DNA of 64,000 nt, from positions 160,001 to 224,000 of the forward strand of contig JBHLOY010000002.1 of assembly GCA_048939995.1 (NCBI GenBank). The letters are read 5' to 3'. This DNA comes from Promethearchaeota archaeon (lineage in GTDB: Archaea > Asgardarchaeota > Lokiarchaeia > Sigyniarchaeales > SOKP01). A program made the position numbers and the translations under genes. Below the pieces are notes generated by a model, which saw only the letters and a program-made list of their open reading frames with translations, searched no databases and was not told where the DNA came from. Positions 58,945 through 64,000 of this stretch are shown one piece after another (the stretch's first letter is position 1; every line of letters begins with the position of its first letter).

Positions 58945-59949
58945 TTAATAATTATTTTTTAAATCTAATTCCAAAAAAAGTCCATTTGAATTATTAAATA
59001 AAAGATTGAAGTTACATTCAGTAAGATAATCATAAGATTTTAAATAATAAACATTTAGTACTGATGCCGGAGAATGATCAAATCCTTCAACCCCATCGAG
59101 AAGCCGAGGAAAACCAAGATCATTTGGATTGTAATATAATATAAAATATGCACCAACATCTAGGTCATCATCTTCATACTTAAAGTGAATATTTCCAATT
59201 TTATGGGAAATAATCCCTGAAATATTAGCTTTCATGTTATTATGTTGAAATATATCAATAAATATGTCACCCTCCCTAGTAGAAAGGAATAAAGAAATAT
59301 TTTGATTAAGTTGTAAGTTATAGGACTTAAAAAATAAATCTCCCTCATCTTGAATTATTCCTGTGATATTACCTTTTAAAATACAATATGAAAAATCAAA
59401 TTGAATATCACCTTTATAAAGATTAACTATTATATTCTCCACAGAAATGCCAAACGGAACGATTATCTGAGTATCTCCTTGAACTCTAACTCTAATATCT
59501 ATATCACAAATCACATTTGCACTGAGAAAAATTAAGATTTGAATGACTTCAAGCAAGGATAATACCTCTATTAGGCTTAATTCTGGCTTGATTCTCATTG
59601 TAAAATTTACATACTCACTTGTATTTTGCCAATTAAAATCAAAATAGTCTAAATATGATTTTCCTGCTAAGCCTGAACCAATCATTTCAATATTTATATC
59701 TAATTTCGCATAATAATTAACTGGATTTACAATGTATTCTATTTCAACATCTCCTATGTCAATATCAATATTTAGTTCTTCCATATTTGAGGAACTGCTA
59801 GGATTATAAAAATATTGTAAAGTTTTATTGATATTACCGGATGTCGCAAGATTTGTTGAGAGAATGACGATAGGTAAGGAAAAAATGATGCTGAAGCTAA
59901 ATATAATCCCTAAAATGATAACTCTAATAGATTTATTTCGCATCATCAA
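58945..59949 (-). CDS. membrane-anchored DUF4097-like beta-solenoid protein (paralog of 42214 gene)
   Basis: N-terminal TM; EELNIDIDIGDVEIEY..AGKSYLDYF and ANISG..YEDDDLDVGAYF align with the 42214 protein; stop abuts the SBP stop. Confidence 0.7.
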   Translation of the reverse strand: MMMRNKSIRVIILGIIFSFSIIFSLPIVILSTNLATSGNINKTLQYFYNPSSSSNMEELNIDIDIGDVEIEYIVNPVNYYAKLDINIEMIGSGLAGKSYLDYFDFNWQNTSEYVNFTMRIKPELSLIEVLSLLEVIQILIFLSANVICDIDIRVRVQGDTQIIVPFGISVENIIVNLYKGDIQFDFSYCILKGNITGIIQDEGDLFFKSYNLQLNQNISLFLSTREGDIFIDIFQHNNMKANISGIISHKIGNIHFKYEDDDLDVGAYFILYYNPNDLGFPRLLDGVEGFDHSPASVLNVYYLKSYDYLTECNFNLLFNNSNGLFLELDLKNNY

Positions 59950-60054
59950 TTCTTCACATTAATAGGGCAAAAAACTTAAATAAATAATCAATTAATGATA
60001 TAGGGAAGAATATTATTTAAATCAAATCTCTAGGTATTAATTAAGTCTAACAAC

Positions 60055-60187
60055 ATTCGAATTTTGGGTGAAGTCTCGAAGTCAAATCTTTGATTTTGCA
60101 TTAAAGGCTAGCTTTTCTATAAGAGATAACTAGCTGGTTTTGGGTGCAAAAAATTCGGACTTTGTGTGAAGTTTCGAAGCTAATTCT
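60055..60187. repeat. two 35-bp imperfect direct repeats, each with internal dyad symmetry, in a divergent promoter region
   Basis: attcgaattttgggtgaagtctcgaagtcaaatct (60055-60089) vs attcggactttgtgtgaagtttcgaagctaattct (60153-60187): 28/35 identical, each bracketed by TTCG...CGAA. Confidence 0.7.
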
Positions 60188-60295
60188 AAAAATTAATTGG
60201 TAGGATAAATTCTAATTGGCACTAATTTAACTACTGAAATTGTTGCCTTAACCAATTTAAATAAAAAAACAATCACAGAAAAAAGGTTTAAAAAA

Positions 60296-61609
60296 ATGAA
60301 AATGAAAACAAAATCAGGTATACTTATTGGAATTTTTACAATAGCAATGATAATCGGAGTTTTTACTTTGATAATTGGACCAGTCCGCGCTGATTCACCT
60401 ACTTTTATAGTATTTCCATCAGGTGGAGATGATACCGCAAACATCCAAACAGCATTCAATGATGCTATTGCAGCAGGACCAGGAAGCATAGTTCAATTGA
60501 CTTCAGGACAATTTTACACGAACGCTATTTTTGTTGAAAATTTCTATGGTACGTTTAAGGGGGCAGGCAAGCACAGTACTAAAATTGATGTACTTAAAGG
60601 TTTGGATAATACATTAGAGGGAGTAGTTGGTCCTGGTGGACCTTATTTATTTACGTTTGTAGGAGGAGATGTACACATCTCGGATTTAACTTTTGATATT
60701 ACACCTTATATGCCTGCTGAACCATGGGAAGATCCAGAATACCCATCATACGATTTAATATCAATTATCTTACTAACTGGCGAAACTAATTCCCGAATCG
60801 AAAATGTCAAATATATTGGACATGAAGGTACACTAGTTAATCCATTAGGAATAGGCTTTAATGTTAGAGTAGGAGTTGAATATCACTTTGGAACGGGAAA
60901 ACACATTATTACTAAATGTGACTTTGATTCGATATGGGGGGCTATTTCAGCATATGGATTATCTAATGTTGAAATGAAAATTTCATCAAATACAATTAAA
61001 GGAGGTAACTTCGGAGTAATTAATATGGATAATATCAATTCAAAATTTGAGATTACTTATAATGAAATAGAGACAATGTTTATATATGGCATATGGGCAT
61101 GGCAAGCAGGAATTATAGTTCCACCTACCCCTTCCCAGTGGAAAATAACTCATAATACTATAAGAGTGTCAAATCTTGCGGATGGTATAGGTTTAATGGA
61201 TGATCTACCTGAGAAATCACTTGAAGCAGTTGTCTCCCATAATAAGATTACTTTAGATAATACAATGTGGGGAGGCATTTGGACAGCGGGGATGCGGGAT
61301 ACTTTTATCTCTAACAATATCATTCGCGGTACAGGAGACTATGGCATTGCATGTGCTTTTCCCGAAAACAACTTATTGCTTGGAAACAATGTCCAAAATG
61401 TGGATGCCTCATGGGCTCCCATTGTCTTGATTTATGCAAGCGAATGTGTAATAGTTGGAGGATCTACAAAAACAAATGTCCTGGATATTGCTGGTTCCAA
61501 TAATATCATAGTTGGGATGAATAATATACAAGGCAATTCACCAGGCCCAGAAATCCAAGAAGCAATGGAACAAAAGAGGGAACTTATTCATTTGTTCCCG
61601 AAATTTTAA
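60296..61609 (+). CDS. secreted right-handed beta-helix (pectin-lyase/NosD-like) protein
   Basis: Signal peptide ending PVRA, DDTANIQTAF..GSIVQLTSG, repeated I..N.I and GI strands. Confidence 0.8.
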   Translation: MKMKTKSGILIGIFTIAMIIGVFTLIIGPVRADSPTFIVFPSGGDDTANIQTAFNDAIAAGPGSIVQLTSGQFYTNAIFVENFYGTFKGAGKHSTKIDVLKGLDNTLEGVVGPGGPYLFTFVGGDVHISDLTFDITPYMPAEPWEDPEYPSYDLISIILLTGETNSRIENVKYIGHEGTLVNPLGIGFNVRVGVEYHFGTGKHIITKCDFDSIWGAISAYGLSNVEMKISSNTIKGGNFGVINMDNINSKFEITYNEIETMFIYGIWAWQAGIIVPPTPSQWKITHNTIRVSNLADGIGLMDDLPEKSLEAVVSHNKITLDNTMWGGIWTAGMRDTFISNNIIRGTGDYGIACAFPENNLLLGNNVQNVDASWAPIVLIYASECVIVGGSTKTNVLDIAGSNNIIVGMNNIQGNSPGPEIQEAMEQKRELIHLFPKF

Positions 61610-61643
61610 CAAAACCTATTTCCTTTTCCATATATTTGTAATA

Positions 61644-61703
61644 AAATAGAAAATGGAGGATAAATAAAAGCTTAATCCTCCAATTCTATTTCTTTTTTTT
61701 TTT
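61644..61703 (+). terminator. stem-loop followed by T-tract downstream of the beta-helix gene
   Basis: aaatagaaaatggaggat (61644-61661) pairs with atcctccaattctattt (61675-61691) with a small bulge, followed by T11 (61693-61703). Confidence 0.6.
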
Positions 61704-61855
61704 AATTAATCAGGCTATAATGAGGGGTTTTGGAAGTTTTAATCAATAGGCGATCAAAAGTTTTAATTACGAAACTATCTAATTATGATTTTATAAGAAT
61801 ATGAAATCTGATAGATCGATTTTATTACTTAAAAATAGATTAACTGAAAATTAAA

Positions 61856-63637
61856 ATGTCTTTAGACAATAAAGGTTCAAAGAAAAAAATTCCTAAAAAG
61901 AAAGTTAGAGTAATAAAGAAAAAACCAGTTGCAGTTTTTGGAATAGTTGCTGCTGTGGCCATAGCAGGGATTATTGGTGGAATAACTATCTTTTTATATT
62001 CACCAGAGGAAAAAATTATATATATCTCATTCACAGATTTAGCTGCAGCTCAATCTGGTATTGATCCTCTTATAACCTGGGTTCCAGCTGATTATGAGAT
62101 ACTTAATCAAGTTGCTGAAGGTTTATTTACCCATGATTCAGCTAATCAACAATCCCAAATAATTCATAACCTTGCTATAAATCATTGGAGGAATGATAAT
62201 GCTACAGAATATACCTTTGAACTGAGACAAGGGGTTCAGTTCCATGATGGAACACTATTTAATGCAGCAGTGGTTCAATGGAATATTGATAGAATATACA
62301 CTTTAATTGAAAATGGTAAAATGCACTTTACTTCAAAACAGTTCTGGTTATTTTCCGATGGGACATGGATTATAAACCGTACTGAAATTATTAATAATTA
62401 TAATATAAAGTTTGTATTAAACAAACCTTATATCCCTCTTACTGCATTATTAGCTTCTGTTAATTCATTTATGGTTTCACCTACCTCAACACCTCAAAAC
62501 GATTTTATTCCACTAAACGGAACATTAATCGGAACTGGTCCTTATTTGTATGACGTTTGGAATAAGGATTATAATTTAGTACTCTCTTCCAATCCAAATT
62601 ACTGGGGCGGTAAACCTCAAATTGATAAGTTGATTTTCAAAGATTATGTAACTCCAGAAGATAAATTTGAAGCATTGATTTCTGGAGAACTTTCAATGTT
62701 AAGTGGTTACAATGAAATACACTCTCATGGTCATTATTGGGATTCCCTTGGAATTTATGATAATGATGTCCTGAATACTTTTATGAATGATCCTGATATT
62801 ATAGTAGAAGAAGGTCCTTCAGCGACCTATTTTGAATACTTACTGATGAACAATGAATTAATTAATGCAACTATGAGAAAAGCAATCTCTTACGCTTGTA
62901 ATTATTCAGCTTATATAGATAAGTGGTTAAGCGGTCATGGAATGAGACTTAGATCTCCTATTCCGGAAGGAATTTTATACTCAAACTCAACCGGTATTGA
63001 TGTTCCCTATTATAATATTTCTATAGCGCGACAAACTTTAAAAGAAGTGAATTGGAACGGATTAGCTAGTGCTTTACCTGCTGATGATAACATTTCTGCA
63101 GGTAATGAATGGGAACAATTGATAATTGACGGAACACCTTTAGCTACTTATAATTTTACATACATTAGTGGTATGCTAAATGGTATAGTTTTTTTAAATA
63201 TAACAAAAGAAAATCTTAGACAAATTGGAGTAAAAGTAGAAGCTGTTCCACTTTCTCCTGGAGAATATATACAAATTTTTTGGGAAACACCTCCTTATCA
63301 CTTAAATATGATTGAACTTTCACATATGGGGTATATTACAAGATTTAATGATCCTTGTAGTATTATCAACATTTTATGTTCAAATAAAGCTTTAGATTTA
63401 AATTATTGTCAAATAAATGATACTTTAGTTCAGCAATGGATGGAAGAGGCTCTAGGCGAAACCAATGAGGCTATAAGAGAACAGTTATATTATCAAATTC
63501 AAAAGCGTTTAATTGAAGAGGTTTTCCCGATGTGTTATCTGATTGCAAGAAATTGTTTTAAAATTTATAGATCCAATTTAAAAGACTTTGAGTTTAACCA
63601 TTTTAATCCTGTTTACAAAGATATCTACTTTATTTGA
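61856..63637 (+). CDS. membrane-anchored family-5 ABC solute-binding protein (paralog of 57157 gene)
   Basis: QVAEGLF, LRQGVQFHDGT, IGTGPY, NPNYW, MRKAISYA, IQKRLIEE; colinear with the 57157 protein. Confidence 0.88.
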   Translation: MSLDNKGSKKKIPKKKVRVIKKKPVAVFGIVAAVAIAGIIGGITIFLYSPEEKIIYISFTDLAAAQSGIDPLITWVPADYEILNQVAEGLFTHDSANQQSQIIHNLAINHWRNDNATEYTFELRQGVQFHDGTLFNAAVVQWNIDRIYTLIENGKMHFTSKQFWLFSDGTWIINRTEIINNYNIKFVLNKPYIPLTALLASVNSFMVSPTSTPQNDFIPLNGTLIGTGPYLYDVWNKDYNLVLSSNPNYWGGKPQIDKLIFKDYVTPEDKFEALISGELSMLSGYNEIHSHGHYWDSLGIYDNDVLNTFMNDPDIIVEEGPSATYFEYLLMNNELINATMRKAISYACNYSAYIDKWLSGHGMRLRSPIPEGILYSNSTGIDVPYYNISIARQTLKEVNWNGLASALPADDNISAGNEWEQLIIDGTPLATYNFTYISGMLNGIVFLNITKENLRQIGVKVEAVPLSPGEYIQIFWETPPYHLNMIELSHMGYITRFNDPCSIINILCSNKALDLNYCQINDTLVQQWMEEALGETNEAIREQLYYQIQKRLIEEVFPMCYLIARNCFKIYRSNLKDFEFNHFNPVYKDIYFI

Positions 63638-63684
63638 CATATCCTCTGAATTAAAAGGCTTAGCAAATAAAATAAGAGACTTAT

Positions 63685-63999
63685 TTAATAATTATGGAGT
63701 TCTAGTTCTTCATAAATACCAATTGGAAAATTAAACATCCAATGATAATTATATAATGAGGGATAATCATCAGAAGTTATATGATAAACATCTGTCCCGT
63801 TTACTGCGATCACATTGTATGCAAAACCTATAAGCTCAGCAATTTTTTGATTAATAGCATAATCATCTGGGTGTACATGTAATATAAAGTATGCTCCAAC
63901 CTCAGCGGTATTGTCTCTATAAGTCAATAGATAATTACCCGTAATTATTGTGATATTCCCAGTTACATTAGCATTAGTAGCTTTATTCTGAGAGATTTC
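63685..63999 (-). CDS. 3' part of a DUF4097-like beta-solenoid paralog (starts beyond the window edge)
   Basis: Frame open from the window end: EISQNKATNANVTGNITIITGNYLLTYRDNTAEVGAYF..., aligning with the C-termini of the 58945 and 42214 proteins. Confidence 0.75.
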   Translation of the reverse strand, partial: EISQNKATNANVTGNITIITGNYLLTYRDNTAEVGAYFILHVHPDDYAINQKIAELIGFAYNVIAVNGTDVYHITSDDYPSLYNYHWMFNFPIGIYEELELHNY

Positions 64000-64000
64000 A

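Noticed and set aside
60055-60187. Possible mini-CRISPR array
   Set aside because: Only two degenerate copies, a 63-bp gap and no cas genes in the window.
2363-62034. Other short ORFs nested in or antisense to well-supported genes (e.g. 4417, 7188, 7428, 9357, 27432, 38655, 41853, 42657, 51073, 60193, 61840)
   Set aside because: They overlap genes with clear family motifs and have no independent coding signal.
1-64000. rRNA, tRNA, transposase, integrase or prophage genes
   Set aside because: None recognised by eye; intergenic gaps are short and AT-rich. tRNAscan-SE, Infernal and ISEScan runs would be needed to exclude them formally.

Overview
AT-rich archaeal chromosomal segment whose gene content (SDS22-type LRR protein, longin-like proteins, membrane-anchored family-5 solute-binding proteins, many CCG/Fe-S and acyl-CoA enzymes) points to an Asgard archaeon, most likely Lokiarchaeia (inference). 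The main feature is a citric-acid-cycle supercluster at about 6.7-22.2 kb, with an aconitase at 26.2-28.1 kb. It holds isocitrate dehydrogenase, two-subunit ATP-citrate lyase (aclBA), succinyl-CoA synthetase (sucC appears to start at ATA), a 2-oxoacid:ferredoxin oxidoreductase, SdhAB/FrdAB without membrane anchors and class II fumarase. An FMN-dependent 2-hydroxy-acid dehydrogenase sits where malate dehydrogenase would be expected. Just after it is an unannotated ~150-bp scar joining a citrate-synthase N-terminal fragment to the C-terminus of an AcnA-type aconitase, consistent with deletion of gltA-acnA. The rest of the window carries sugar, acyl-CoA and redox genes, a glutamate-dehydrogenase homolog with altered substrate residues, an orphan MvhG-like subunit with a duplicated Fe-S domain, three unannotated zinc-ribbon microproteins, a frameshifted flavodoxin and a duplicated [solute-binding protein >< beta-solenoid protein] module. 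I recognised no rRNA, tRNA, CRISPR array or transposase.
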